A stretch of DNA of 64,000 nt. Source: Candidatus Sumerlaeaceae bacterium. GTDB taxonomy: Bacteria > Sumerlaeota > Sumerlaeia > Sumerlaeales > Sumerlaeaceae. Each line of letters starts with the position of its first letter. Position 1 is the first letter of the stretch. A model generated the notes under the pieces. It was not told where the DNA came from. It saw only the letters and a program-made list of their open reading frames with translations, and searched no databases. The translations under genes were made by a program, and so were the position numbers. This document shows positions 30,615 through 40,602 of the stretch, piece after piece. The DNA is taken from the NCBI GenBank assembly GCA_051003195.1, contig JBPCLP010000045.1, forward strand, positions 195,397 to 259,396, read 5' to 3'.

Positions 30615-32111
30615 CTAATTACCCGCCTTTGCAATGCGGTCGGGTTGAGCCGGGGCAGTATCGTCGGGGCTTCGGCCTGCTTGTGCGGGTGCAGTTTGCT
30701 TGAGGCGTGCGAGCAGTTTCCCGCGGCCGTTCTTATAGGTGAGACTGAGAGCGTCACCCTGGTCGAGCAGGATGCGATTGCGCTGGGCAGCGAGGTCGCG
30801 TGCTTCCTTGCGGTCGGGATGGAGAATAATGAACTCATCCGCGAGAAGCGCTGCGCCGAGGTAATCCTGCGCTGACTCAAGCGCCATTCCGAGCTCAACG
30901 TACGCCGGCGGTAGCCATTCAGAATCCGCTGGTGCGCGCTCGATAAAGGCCCGGAAAAGTGGAACGGCGTGGCAGTGGTGACCGCAGTGCCATGCATGAT
31001 GCGCGATGAGAAACAGGGCACTTGTCGCGGCTGGGGAAGCATAGATGCGGGAATCGTGGACCTGGGTGCTGATGGCGCAGTATTGAGTGAGTTTGCCCAT
31101 GGAAGGCTGCGGGCCCTGAAGTGGCGGGAGCTGGGGGAAGTGCACAGTGACGGGGCGTGATTCGCCGACGGGGAGTGCTTCTGATAGGGGCGGCTGGATA
31201 GGCTCGGTGCCAGCGGTGCGGGGCGCGATCAGGTCGATGGCAAGCTGCGCATTGTTCACGGCTTTGGCGAATTCGCTGAGTTCGAAGTAAAGAGTCGCGA
31301 CGGCGAGACGGGCAGTGGCGCGGTCTTCTACGGGGACTTCCGATGATTCGAGGTAGGACTGAAATTGCGGGCCGTTGGCGAGCTCACGAATAGAATGCCA
31401 CTGTTTCCACGCTAGGTCCTGGTGGCCGCCGGTGTCGCGCCAGCGCAGTGCACGCTCGTGCTGGCAGAGAACGGCTTGGGGTGATGTGCGGTCGGTGAGC
31501 GCAGTGCTGTAGCGCGCGGCCTCGGAAGCGAGCCTAGCATCGGCGGGTGGGCTCTGCTGGAGTTCGCCGAAGCCGGTGCGGGCGTCGGATTCGCGGCCCA
31601 CCTGGTAGAGGTTAAGGGCGAGGAGGAAGCGTGCACGGTCGCGCTGGGCAGTAGCGAGATCGGTGCGCCCGAGCAGTTGCTGGAGATCGGTAATGGTCAG
31701 ATCGTATGTGCCGCGAACCACATTTTCTACGAGGGATAGGCGCGCTTCGATGGCTTCTGGGGAGTCCGGCCATTGGCGGACGAGACGTCGCCAGCATCCG
31801 GCAGCAAGCGGGATGTTCCCGCGCTGGTTGAGCGCGAAATTTGCCTGCGTGAGTTCCTCTAGAGATGTCGCTGCGGCGGGCAGGAGGTGGCCGCGCTGGA
31901 TGGCCGTAGCGCGGATTGTGTCGAGTAGCTTGGTGTTGCCGCTGCGATCGATGGTTGCTTGTAGCGTGGATTCTGCGGCGGTGGCATCGCCGACGGGGGA
32001 CGATGCGCTGGGCTCGGTAAATTGAGCCTAGGCGATTGCGGACTGGAATGTAACTGCGGCTGCGCAGGCGAGGAGAGCTGATGTAGCGAGGCGGCAAACG
32101 TAGGACTTCAT
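30615..32111 (-). pseudogene. Secreted TPR-repeat protein with an in-frame TAG at codon 28 (32028-32030)
   Basis: GGAG RBS, MKSYVCRLATSALLACAAAVTFQSAIA*AQF..., in frame with ORF 30615..31721; TPR-like QWPDSPEAIEARL and PADSEWLPPAY. Confidence 0.75.
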
Positions 32112-32502
32112 GGCCGTGCTCCACTGTACGAAATGTGTGCTGCTTTTTGGAAGGTGAGCGCGCTAGGATAGAAGGCGGCGGATGAGGCGGGTCCGGAACC
32201 TTGCGATCCCGAAAGAGCATCGTCCGAAGTGAGTGCGGGCAAATCCCCCTACTTATAAGGGACGCGAACGGGCAAAAGTATGACGAACTTATTTAAGTTT
32301 TTTCCCTGAGGTATTTCGCTTAATTGAATCGGTTGCGTTTAGGGATGAACCGTCGGGACCAACTTTTACCGGGGTTCACTTTTTTAAAAAAGTGCGCACC
32401 AAAACGCGAGTTCGTGTCCTTGGTATAGTGTTGGGACTGTGAAGTGCACTTTAGGAACTGCGCACCAAACAGCTCCCTCTAACTCCTACGGGGGATGTAT
32501 CC

Positions 32503-33045
32503 ATGCACAGGCCACGGCGGGACGAGAACCGGGATCCAAGCAACGAGCAGATGGAGGAGAGATATAAACGCGATCGAGAATTAAGCCTACGGATTGTACG
32601 CAAACGGCTGAAGGACTTCGAACAGGCGGAAGACGCTGCCCAGGAGGCCTTGCTGAAGCGATGGGAACTGGAGAGCAGCACGGAGCCCGGCCCGACAGAG
32701 ACACCAGGCAGCGCACTGGTGCGGCTGTCGCGTCGGATCTGCACGAGGCTGGCTCACGAGAATGTGCGCCGGGATAAAATGCGAGCGGATGAAGGGGAGT
32801 TGACGCCGCTGGCATGGCAGCATGCCGATGCACGCGCTGAGGCTATTGATCACGAATTGCACGAGCGGTTGCGTGCGGCATTGCCGAAGTTGCCTCCGGT
32901 TCAGCTGCAGGTGATTACCATGTTCTTCATGGATGAGCTGACCGAAAAGCAGATCGCTAAACGACTGCAGTTAACGCAGGGTGCCGTGAGCAAAATCAAG
33001 AGGCGAGCACTTGAAACGTTGCAGAAAGAGTGTGGAGGATTGTAA
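32503..33045 (+). CDS. ECF-type sigma-70 factor
   Basis: AEDAAQEALL (region 2); LPKLPPVQ.QVI.M.F..ELT.KQIA..L.LTQGAV...KRRAL..L (region 4). Confidence 0.85.
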   Translation: MHRPRRDENRDPSNEQMEERYKRDRELSLRIVRKRLKDFEQAEDAAQEALLKRWELESSTEPGPTETPGSALVRLSRRICTRLAHENVRRDKMRADEGELTPLAWQHADARAEAIDHELHERLRAALPKLPPVQLQVITMFFMDELTEKQIAKRLQLTQGAVSKIKRRALETLQKECGGL

Positions 33046-33113
33046 GATCGCGGTCGCGTGATTAGCTACGATGTGATGTCCGGCTCTTGGATGGGTGATC
33101 GAGCGATCCCTGC

Positions 33114-33362
33114 TTACTTCGCCGGCTCTATGAATTGAACGGCATCGAGCTCCAGCAGCTTTTGCAGATTCCGAACGTCCAGCTCGCCTGTGACTTTCGC
33201 CGCGGGCAGCTGTGTTGCTAAATCCGCAACGAAACCCAGGTTCTGGATGGTGCACAGTGCGGCATCATGCGGTTCGCTCAGCGTCACCTGCACGCGCACC
33301 TTATAATTGGTCACCTTTAGCGTGCCCCGCTGCTGCTGGCCGCGTCGACAAGGTTTTGCCAA
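33114..33362 (-). pseudogene. Gene remnant, possibly the C-terminal domain of a larger protein
   Basis: KVRVQVTL...LGF...VTGELDV.NL.KL.ELDAV.FIEP looks protein-like, but there is no good start and the upstream frame is broken. Confidence 0.35.
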
Positions 33363-33824
33363 GTCAGCAATGGACGCAGCTCAGGTGTAGCTTTGACTCC
33401 ACCTGCCCCAGCAAGTTAGTAGTCAGGCCTGCGCCGGTCCCCAGATACACCGTACCCGGTGCTTGCCACGCTGCTCGATAACGTAGACTCAACCACCAGT
33501 TCCTCCTGCACCGCTGGCTCAGATTTGGCCGTCCGCGATGAAAGTGAGCCGCCAGTACTGGGACTCATAGCGGTCGTGCTTCCATAGGTGCTCGCCCGAG
33601 CGGTCACGAAGTCTCGCAGCCACAGCCACTTATCTTGTGAGTTGCCCCACACGGGGCGGCGATTCCGCCAGGGAGTGCAATTAAACAGCCCGATTAAGGC
33701 TAATCATCTCAATTGGCTGACGCATAGCTTGAACCCGCGAAATCGCTGCCTTTTCCGACATCGTTCCAAAAATGTAGGCTCTCTCATACATTCTCGGCAG
33801 CTCAATTTATCGAGGAGAAATAGT

Positions 33825-34106
33825 ATGAGTAGGCAGAAGGAAAATGAACCAGAGTATTTGCGGCTTGATGATGCCGCAAAGCGGCTGGGCCTGGGATTAT
33901 TTCGCCGCTCCGCGAGGGTGGGGAAAAAGAAGGTAAGTGAGTATGAACGCCTTGCGCGGACGGTCAGACGGCTGATCGAAAACGGCCAACTCCAAGCTGT
34001 CGAAGATGACGCTGGTCGTTACGTCGTTCGCGAAGACTGGCTGGAGGAGTATGCAGCCCGCCGTGCCATTCGCTCCAAGTATAGGGTACCCTCAGTGCGT
34101 ACCTGA
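33825..34106 (+). CDS. Excisionase-like DNA-binding protein
   Basis: GAGGAG RBS; YLRLDDAAKRLG...TVRRLIENGQLQA...GRYVVREDWLEEY (HTH_17-like with an insert). Confidence 0.75.
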   Translation: MSRQKENEPEYLRLDDAAKRLGLGLFRRSARVGKKKVSEYERLARTVRRLIENGQLQAVEDDAGRYVVREDWLEEYAARRAIRSKYRVPSVRT

Positions 34107-34370
34107 GTGGCCGGCATTAATCAGGAGCCTCATGAACGCTGAAATGCAGTCGATAAGGCAGCACACACCTGGAGCAACTCCTGATTTCTCAGACTTCGCG
34201 AGGCGATTGCCAGCCACTCAGGGCAGTTTATCAAGCCCGAAAGGCCACTCAGTAGCCATAAGTAGTCGAAGGTCTTGATAGACCGAATAACAGGGCAGCC
34301 AAAATACCTGAGTGGTCAACTTAATGTGCTAATAGTGGCAGTAGTTAATGATTTAACCAACCACTCAGGT
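34100..34370. repeat. Five dispersed CTGAGTGG-core repeats in both orientations
   Basis: TACCTGAGTGGCC 34100 (+), GCCACTCAGG 34213 (-), GGCCACTCAG 34243 (-), TACCTGAGTGGT 34305 (+), ACCACTCAGGT 34360 (-). Confidence 0.8.
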
Positions 34371-34383
34371 GTAGTGCAAAGTA

Positions 34384-36603
34384 GTGATAAATAATCGAAA
34401 GAAGACGCGTCGCATGAAAAGCAAAAATATCGATGAGTCGCTTAAAGACAAGTTCCTGGCCGACCTGCCAGCAATGTGGGAGCAAACGGCGCCACACAAC
34501 CACACCTCGCAGTTTTCGTATACCCGTCAGCACGCCGCCCGCGCCAGAAAATGGATTACTGCGGCGGTTTGCTACGGGGATTCCCCAGTAGAACCGAGTG
34601 AGACCGAACTGGATGCCGCGGCAGAGAAAGTGCCTCTGCTTAAGTTGCTGAGCCTGATTGCCGACAAGACTTCAGCTGAAGCGCGGTCTCTCTACCTCAC
34701 CTGGCGGCACGGTATACCTGCAAATGACAGTGCAAAGTTACCAACGAAAACCCGTAAGAACGCGAATAACATCTCGGAGTCAGTAACTCGCGCATTGCGC
34801 TTTGCCGAAGAGGCGTTTGGCAGCACCTACGGGACGATCCCAGGTAGCTCATGGCCAGAAGCTCTGTCGGACAGTCACTATGCACATGCTATGATTCTCT
34901 ACCGGTGCATTCAGCGCAAACACGTGCGCGCGGGCGTGATTGATCCCGTCCACGCATCGGCCAAGCTCGCTGCAGAGGCAGCGAAGAAATATGTACATCG
35001 CGCTGAGTCGCGTCGCGATGCGGGGCCATTTAATACTATGCGACGCCGGCTATTGGAGGCGCTGGAGAAGGGGCTACTCATGCCTCTCAACCCAGCTCTG
35101 CTTACTGACATCAATGAACTCAGATTTAATTCGGCTGCAGCCCCCGACAGTGCGGATGAAGCTGTTCTTCTTCAACATTGGCCGGAGCACTTCTTTCCAC
35201 ATCCTGATTGCGCGTTTAAGATCGATCGCACACGCGGACTATGTGGTTTCTTCAATAAGCAGTTCACTCATATCAACGCTAACCCTAAGGGTGAAAAGTG
35301 CGCGAAGGGGAATATCATAGGTGAGAAAAGCGTTGAGAAACGGCTTCAGGCGATTAGACGAATGATAAACCGCGCTTTAAGATCTGATAATGATCAGCCT
35401 GGTGTGTTGCTTTTGGAGGAGTACTTCACCTCGGAACGCCTTATCAGCTGGCTCGACGCCTTCCTCGACGAGCCGGAAGACCATATGATCACCGCCTATC
35501 ACCGAGGTGAATTCTGGCATATGCGCTATACGGCGAAGGTCTACTTCGGGGCGTGCGTGGACGCGCTGGATGTCCACGTGGAGGAGAGCATTGATTTTCC
35601 AGAGAGCGGAGCTTCAATGCGCGGAACATACGCAGTTCAACTTGCGGGCAGCCCGATTGTCTTTCTGGAATGGGCGGCAGCATTTCGCATGTACGCCGCA
35701 CAGAGCAGTTGGCTTGATGCTGAGCAGGGGACCGGATTCTACCTCCCGCGTAAGTCATGTGAGCTTGATGTACTTATACGGGCAGAGACAGGTCTCCGCC
35801 CGGGAAATGTGGAGCAGCTCAACTACCTGCGAAGTATCCCCACACATCCAGACAAGCTGCCCCTCCCCGCCATCTACAGGTTGAAGAACGGGAACTACGT
35901 GGTCTGCATACCGTTTGGCATGATGAAGCAGCACAAGAAAAAAGCGAAACGTAAGACTCGCCATACCACGGCACGCCGCCCATACGAGTTCCTCCTGGAG
36001 CTGCCGGAAACCGTGCACGCGCTGGATGAATACATTGAGCATGGCTGGCAGCACGCCGACGGGGTACGCCACGGTAAAACTCAGCGGCTATTTCTCGGCC
36101 GCACAGGCCATCCGATTCGATGCATGCGAACTAAATTTGCTGAAGCTCGCGCAAAGGCGTCGGGCGTTTATCAGGCGCAGTTCGGCAAACTTCTTCCGTT
36201 GCTCGACCGCTATTCGACCCGGCACGTAATCTCTGAGTTCCTCCATCGTCATCAGCAGGGCAGCTCGCTGAAACAGTGGTATCTGACGCATCGCTCGGGC
36301 GTCGGCAGCGACAACAGCTATGGCAGTGACGATGCTGCGTTCCTGAGAAAGTGCGTGCATGAGGTACTTCGGGGCGTTCCGCCGCTGCACGATCAAGTGG
36401 CCAACCGCCAGGACGAGCAGGATAAACTCAGGTTAGAACTGCACAACCAACTCGCCGAAGTACTAGCTCTGCAAAAAAGTTCACAACAGCGTGAAGCGGA
36501 GATGCGCGAAGAAATTAAGCAGTTGCGCCAGCAGAAGCAGCAACTGATGGGAAAACTTGGTGAAAGGACAATGAGGTCAACGGATAGTCACCAAGCTGCA
36601 TAA
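34384..36603 (+). CDS. Divergent large tyrosine recombinase with a C-terminal coiled coil
   Basis: ETGLRPGN (R), MMK (K), LF.GRTG.P, YSTRH, LTH, NSYG (Y) in the expected order; downstream of an xis-like gene. ATG 34414 is an alternative start. Confidence 0.65.
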   Translation: MINNRKKTRRMKSKNIDESLKDKFLADLPAMWEQTAPHNHTSQFSYTRQHAARARKWITAAVCYGDSPVEPSETELDAAAEKVPLLKLLSLIADKTSAEARSLYLTWRHGIPANDSAKLPTKTRKNANNISESVTRALRFAEEAFGSTYGTIPGSSWPEALSDSHYAHAMILYRCIQRKHVRAGVIDPVHASAKLAAEAAKKYVHRAESRRDAGPFNTMRRRLLEALEKGLLMPLNPALLTDINELRFNSAAAPDSADEAVLLQHWPEHFFPHPDCAFKIDRTRGLCGFFNKQFTHINANPKGEKCAKGNIIGEKSVEKRLQAIRRMINRALRSDNDQPGVLLLEEYFTSERLISWLDAFLDEPEDHMITAYHRGEFWHMRYTAKVYFGACVDALDVHVEESIDFPESGASMRGTYAVQLAGSPIVFLEWAAAFRMYAAQSSWLDAEQGTGFYLPRKSCELDVLIRAETGLRPGNVEQLNYLRSIPTHPDKLPLPAIYRLKNGNYVVCIPFGMMKQHKKKAKRKTRHTTARRPYEFLLELPETVHALDEYIEHGWQHADGVRHGKTQRLFLGRTGHPIRCMRTKFAEARAKASGVYQAQFGKLLPLLDRYSTRHVISEFLHRHQQGSSLKQWYLTHRSGVGSDNSYGSDDAAFLRKCVHEVLRGVPPLHDQVANRQDEQDKLRLELHNQLAEVLALQKSSQQREAEMREEIKQLRQQKQQLMGKLGERTMRSTDSHQAA

Positions 36604-36611
36604 ATCCCGAA

Positions 36612-36648
36612 GAGAAGAGGGGCCGGGTGTACCCGCGTCCTTCTTCTC
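36612..36648 (+). terminator. Imperfect hairpin after the second recombinase
   Basis: GAGAAGAGG..CGGG-TGTA-CCCG..CCTTCTTCTC; no strong U tract. Confidence 0.35.
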
Positions 36649-37087
36649 CCTTGATAAGCTCGTTACTGACCAAGGTAGCCCTACGCGCTATTGGTTTCAG
36701 AGAGATGCCAGTGTTTTACTGGAGTCTTAGCCAAATTGCAGCGGCAGCTGATGTTCAGGATTAAGTGCACTGGAGTGACTGCACGTGGGCTGGCTGAGCG
36801 GCCCGTGCCGCGTCTGCGCTGCTTAACGTGCTTATCCAACGGTCGAGGCAGTTGCTAGCGCACTTTACTGCCGCTGAGGGGCCTGTGACGCGGGTTTTGT
36901 ACTCATTGGAGTAGCCTGTTCCGGACGATCAAGTCGCAGCCATAGCAAGCGCAGTGGCGGGGCGGCCGATCTGTCCACCTGTCGTCTGCACGAACGAGGA
37001 GCTCATTTTCTAAAGTTAAGTCAGATACGAAGCGGGGCGTCCCCACGGTCGATCAATCCTACCAGATGGACACTTGGCCCAGAAGGG

Positions 37088-38920
37088 TCACCTGGCGGGG
37101 GCCGATGCGATTACGCCCGCAGCAGGCGAACTCAGCGCTGCACAGTCCTTTTTCACCCAGTAGTTCTCAGAAGCGAGACGTTCAGCGTTGAGGAAAGCCC
37201 GAAGCGCAACCTCCCGCTGACCCAATACCCGTGCCGCCCTGCCTCGCGCCCACTGGAACTTAGGAAGTGGGGCATCCGACGCTGTGGCCAGGACCGCCTG
37301 AGCATAGGCCTTTGCCTCAGGCTCCATACCAACTTGATCGTAGGCTGCCATAATCTCCAGTTGCGACTGCAATGGCATGCGGAAATACTTCGAGCAGCTC
37401 GCCTCTACCCGATAGATACCTACCAGGCGCTGGGCGGCAGACTTCAGCTGTTCATTCGCTTTAAGAGAGCGTGCGACCTGGAGATAAGCCAGAAGGAAAT
37501 CTTCGTCGTCAGGGCTGGAACTCAGGCCGGCGAACAGTGCAGCAGCCTTGGCAGCCTCACCCGCCCTGCCTAATTCCGTAAGGGCTTGGATTTTCCAGCT
37601 CTCAACCTCATAGCGAGTGTCTGAGCTGCGCGGATCGTATGCTGCCGTGATAGACAGCAGTTCGTTGAACTTTCCTGTTTCAAAGAGCTGTCTCGCGAGC
37701 CGATAAGTACCGCCACCCACTTTATCAAGCTGTTCTGCCCGTATGTAAAGTTGCTCGGCAGATTGCCAGTCTCCCAGTTCGCGATAAATGTCGGCCAGCC
37801 GCAGAATGCCGTGCCGATAATTTGAATTTTTCGCGGCTGTGACAAGCGTGGGCATCATTTTAATCACTGGCTCTACTTGCCCTATTTCCAGGAGCTTCTG
37901 TGCGGCCAGTATTCTATTCCACACGTTAAAATGTTCGGGTTTGGCTGCTGCCGGCTGCATAGCTGCGATATACGCGGAAGCCGCTCCTTGTGTGTCACCC
38001 ATGTCCCGAAGCACATCGCCAACTAACTTCTGTGCATACGGATTTTTTTCAGGCTGTGTAGCCTGCTGTTTGAGAATAGCCAGCATTTGATCAAGTTTGC
38101 CGAGCCGCCGAGCAACCTCGACTTCATCCGTCCAAGGTATAGGTGCGCCATCTTTTCGCGCCTTTGCAACCTCACGTTCGGCTGCGACGGCATCGCGGGT
38201 ATCGGGTGGCCCATCGAGATAAGAACGAACCGCCCAATAACGGACAAGTGAGCTTTTCGGTTTTGCCGTCGCCGCGTTCCTGGCTTGCCGGATTGCTTCC
38301 CGTTTTTCCAGATCCGTCCCATGTGCCATTGTGTTTGAAAAACCATGGCCCTGTATAAATGAGTCACTCGAACCGGGAGTTAAATCCAGAATCCGACACG
38401 AGAAGTCTGATCCACCCACCCGGTTATTCAGTCGAATTGCAAGCAGATGAGGTCCGGGAGTAAGGCGGGCAGTAATGTCAATTTCCACGTCCTTTGGGTT
38501 GGCCGCAGCATCTTCGTAGGTACCGAGGGAAAAACCGTCGAAATAAACCTTTAAAACGTCGTCTCCATAAAGTTTCAGCACAACGTGCGAGCCCGCCTTC
38601 GGTGATGTATCGACCCGGATGGGAACCCTCCACAGTTTAGCCTTTTGAACCGGAACGGTTCCGGTTTCATGCAGTTCCCCCGCGCGCCAGGCAGCGTCTG
38701 TGTAGGCCAGCGAGTACCAAGGTGCACCACCAGCACCAGTCGGTTCTTCATTCGTTTGAATGGTGCCCGACACTTTTGCCCCAAGGACAGTGAAAACCAC
38801 ACCGCTGCCTTGCTGTTCTGGCCCAGCTGGCGGAGCGGATTGTGCCCAAGAAGTCGCAATGACGCTACAAATTCCTGCCGCAAAACAGATACCTGCGAAT
38901 TTGCGAAACCGAAGACCCAT
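37088..38920 (-). CDS. Secreted TPR-repeat protein with an N-terminal beta-sandwich (galactose-binding-like) domain
   Basis: Signal peptide MGLRFRKF...TSWAQ; W....Y.D..W, DD..KVYFDG..LG, DIT..L.PG.HLLAI; many TPRs. The ORF is open up to 39193, so the start is uncertain. Confidence 0.7.
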   Translation of the reverse strand: MGLRFRKFAGICFAAGICSVIATSWAQSAPPAGPEQQGSGVVFTVLGAKVSGTIQTNEEPTGAGGAPWYSLAYTDAAWRAGELHETGTVPVQKAKLWRVPIRVDTSPKAGSHVVLKLYGDDVLKVYFDGFSLGTYEDAAANPKDVEIDITARLTPGPHLLAIRLNNRVGGSDFSCRILDLTPGSSDSFIQGHGFSNTMAHGTDLEKREAIRQARNAATAKPKSSLVRYWAVRSYLDGPPDTRDAVAAEREVAKARKDGAPIPWTDEVEVARRLGKLDQMLAILKQQATQPEKNPYAQKLVGDVLRDMGDTQGAASAYIAAMQPAAAKPEHFNVWNRILAAQKLLEIGQVEPVIKMMPTLVTAAKNSNYRHGILRLADIYRELGDWQSAEQLYIRAEQLDKVGGGTYRLARQLFETGKFNELLSITAAYDPRSSDTRYEVESWKIQALTELGRAGEAAKAAALFAGLSSSPDDEDFLLAYLQVARSLKANEQLKSAAQRLVGIYRVEASCSKYFRMPLQSQLEIMAAYDQVGMEPEAKAYAQAVLATASDAPLPKFQWARGRAARVLGQREVALRAFLNAERLASENYWVKKDCAALSSPAAGVIASAPAR

Positions 38921-39205
38921 AGAGCTGCTCACGGGTAGCTTTGAAGAAAGCTCTGAATGGTCCTGGTCCAGGCTCGCTTCATTAGCTTTTAATTGTGCTC
39001 CGCCACTCCGCTGGATCCCAAGCGCTACCTGAAGGGTTTCCGTGCCGGTGAGCTGGAATGCCGCAGCTTCGACAGACGTCTGGCTGTAGATCGACGCGGA
39101 CGTTTGCTGCGAAACGGTGCTCATGTGATAGTGTCCTCCTGGTCTGCTATGCAGTTCGAGCGGCCTGAGTCGTGCATGAGGCAGGCTGCACACAAATGCA
39201 AGCTA

Positions 39206-39234
39206 TACTTATAGTCACATAGACTTATAGTCAC
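39206..39234 (+). promoter_or_regulatory. C-box-like tandem operator
   Basis: TACTTATAGTC-ACATA-GACTTATAGTC about 22 nt upstream of a C-protein-like gene. Confidence 0.75.
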
Positions 39235-39254
39235 GTTTGCGTTAGAGCCCTGTC

Positions 39255-39485
39255 GTGGCTTACGAGCAGGCAGACCAGGAATTCCTAAGGAAGCTCGGCA
39301 CTCGTATCCGAAAACTACGCGAGCGGCAGCAGTTTTCCCAGGAGACATTCGCTGTAGAGTGCGGTTTGCACCGCACCTACATCGCCTCCGTTGAACGCGG
39401 GGAGCGAAATATCTCTGTGCTGAACCTCAGACGGATTGCACATGCGCTGCAGACAGCGCCTGCCAAACTACTAGCGGGGCCGTAA
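39255..39485 (+). CDS. Controller (C.)-protein-like XRE HTH
   Basis: LGTRIRKLR....SQETFA..CGLHRTYIASVERGERNISVLNL..IA.AL; 76 aa. Confidence 0.85.
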   Translation: MAYEQADQEFLRKLGTRIRKLRERQQFSQETFAVECGLHRTYIASVERGERNISVLNLRRIAHALQTAPAKLLAGP

Positions 39486-40032
39486 CTCAGTGGCCTGGAA
39501 CGAACCCGGGCAACGATCCAACGACTAGAGCCGATGCTCGTTATCCTGGAGGTCTCGTTTTCCATAGAATGATGGCGCAGTTGAAGGGGTTGCGGACGCG
39601 GCGCAAGATTTCGCTTACGTTCACCGTGGCGCCAATTTCGCCGATTAAATGCCAAAGCTCCATGTCGCGCCCGCGCGACGTATAAATTCAGGATTGATTA
39701 GTTTGTTCTGGAAGATCAATGCCTGAATGGTCTCAAACGGCGACCTTTCTCTTCAGTCTGGCCCGAACACGCCGGCACTAGCAGCAGCAGGAGTGATATG
39801 CACTTCTGGCGGCAGACGCAAGTCAGTGGGTCGGCCCTTCAGGCCTACAATGAGTCCTGGAGACAGCTCCGAATGGCACTAAGCAGCTGATAAATTATTA
39901 ACACGTTTGATGTAAGTGGCCGTCTTAAAGTGGAGCTTCAGGTTTTTGTCCGCAGGCGTAATTTCGCATTGCGTTTTGATACAGCAATCAATGCCATACA
40001 GTCAAGCACAATCCCGGGGCGGGAGAGTCTTC

Positions 40033-40461
40033 ATGGAACCACGGATCAGCATTATCACACTTGGCGTTTCGGATCTGGACAGATCTTTCCGATTTTATCG
40101 CGATGGTTTAGGTTTTCCGACGACTGGCAGCCCAGATAAGGGCATAGTGTTCTTTCAGACCTCCGGCGCTTGCCTCGCGCTGTACCCTTACGAGGAACTG
40201 GCAAAAGACATTGCGCCCGATTTTCCGCGCGATCCATCCAGGTTCAATGGTATTACTATCGCCCACAACGTGCGTCGCCGTGAAGAAGTGGATGCAGCAC
40301 TCGAACAGGCCAGGCTTGCCGGTGCAAAAATTGAAAAGTCGGCGCAGGATACGTTCTGGGGTGGGTACTCAGGTTACTTGTCGGATCCCGATGGGTACCT
40401 GTGGGAAATCGCGTGGGGCGCTTTTCCGTTCCGGGAGGATGGCAGCCTGGAAATTCCATGA
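40033..40461 (+). CDS. VOC (glyoxalase/bleomycin resistance) family protein
   Basis: MEPRISIITLGVSDL.RS..FY..GLG, FWGGYSGY..DPDG.LWE. Confidence 0.9.
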   Translation: MEPRISIITLGVSDLDRSFRFYRDGLGFPTTGSPDKGIVFFQTSGACLALYPYEELAKDIAPDFPRDPSRFNGITIAHNVRRREEVDAALEQARLAGAKIEKSAQDTFWGGYSGYLSDPDGYLWEIAWGAFPFREDGSLEIP

Positions 40462-40602
40462 CAGCCTGCTACACTTGCACGCGAGGGCCAAAGCGCAAGC
40501 AAGCTTACGCACTCCACAGTGCGCAAGTGCGCCCGCCGTTAATAACCTGTACCCGAGTTCGTCTTGCAATGCGGTTTACGTAGCGGGGAGAATTCTGGGG
40601 CG

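Noticed and set aside
34100..34370. CTGAGTGG repeats as a CRISPR-like array
   Set aside because: Repeats are only 9-13 bp, in mixed orientation and irregularly spaced; kept as binding-site candidates instead.
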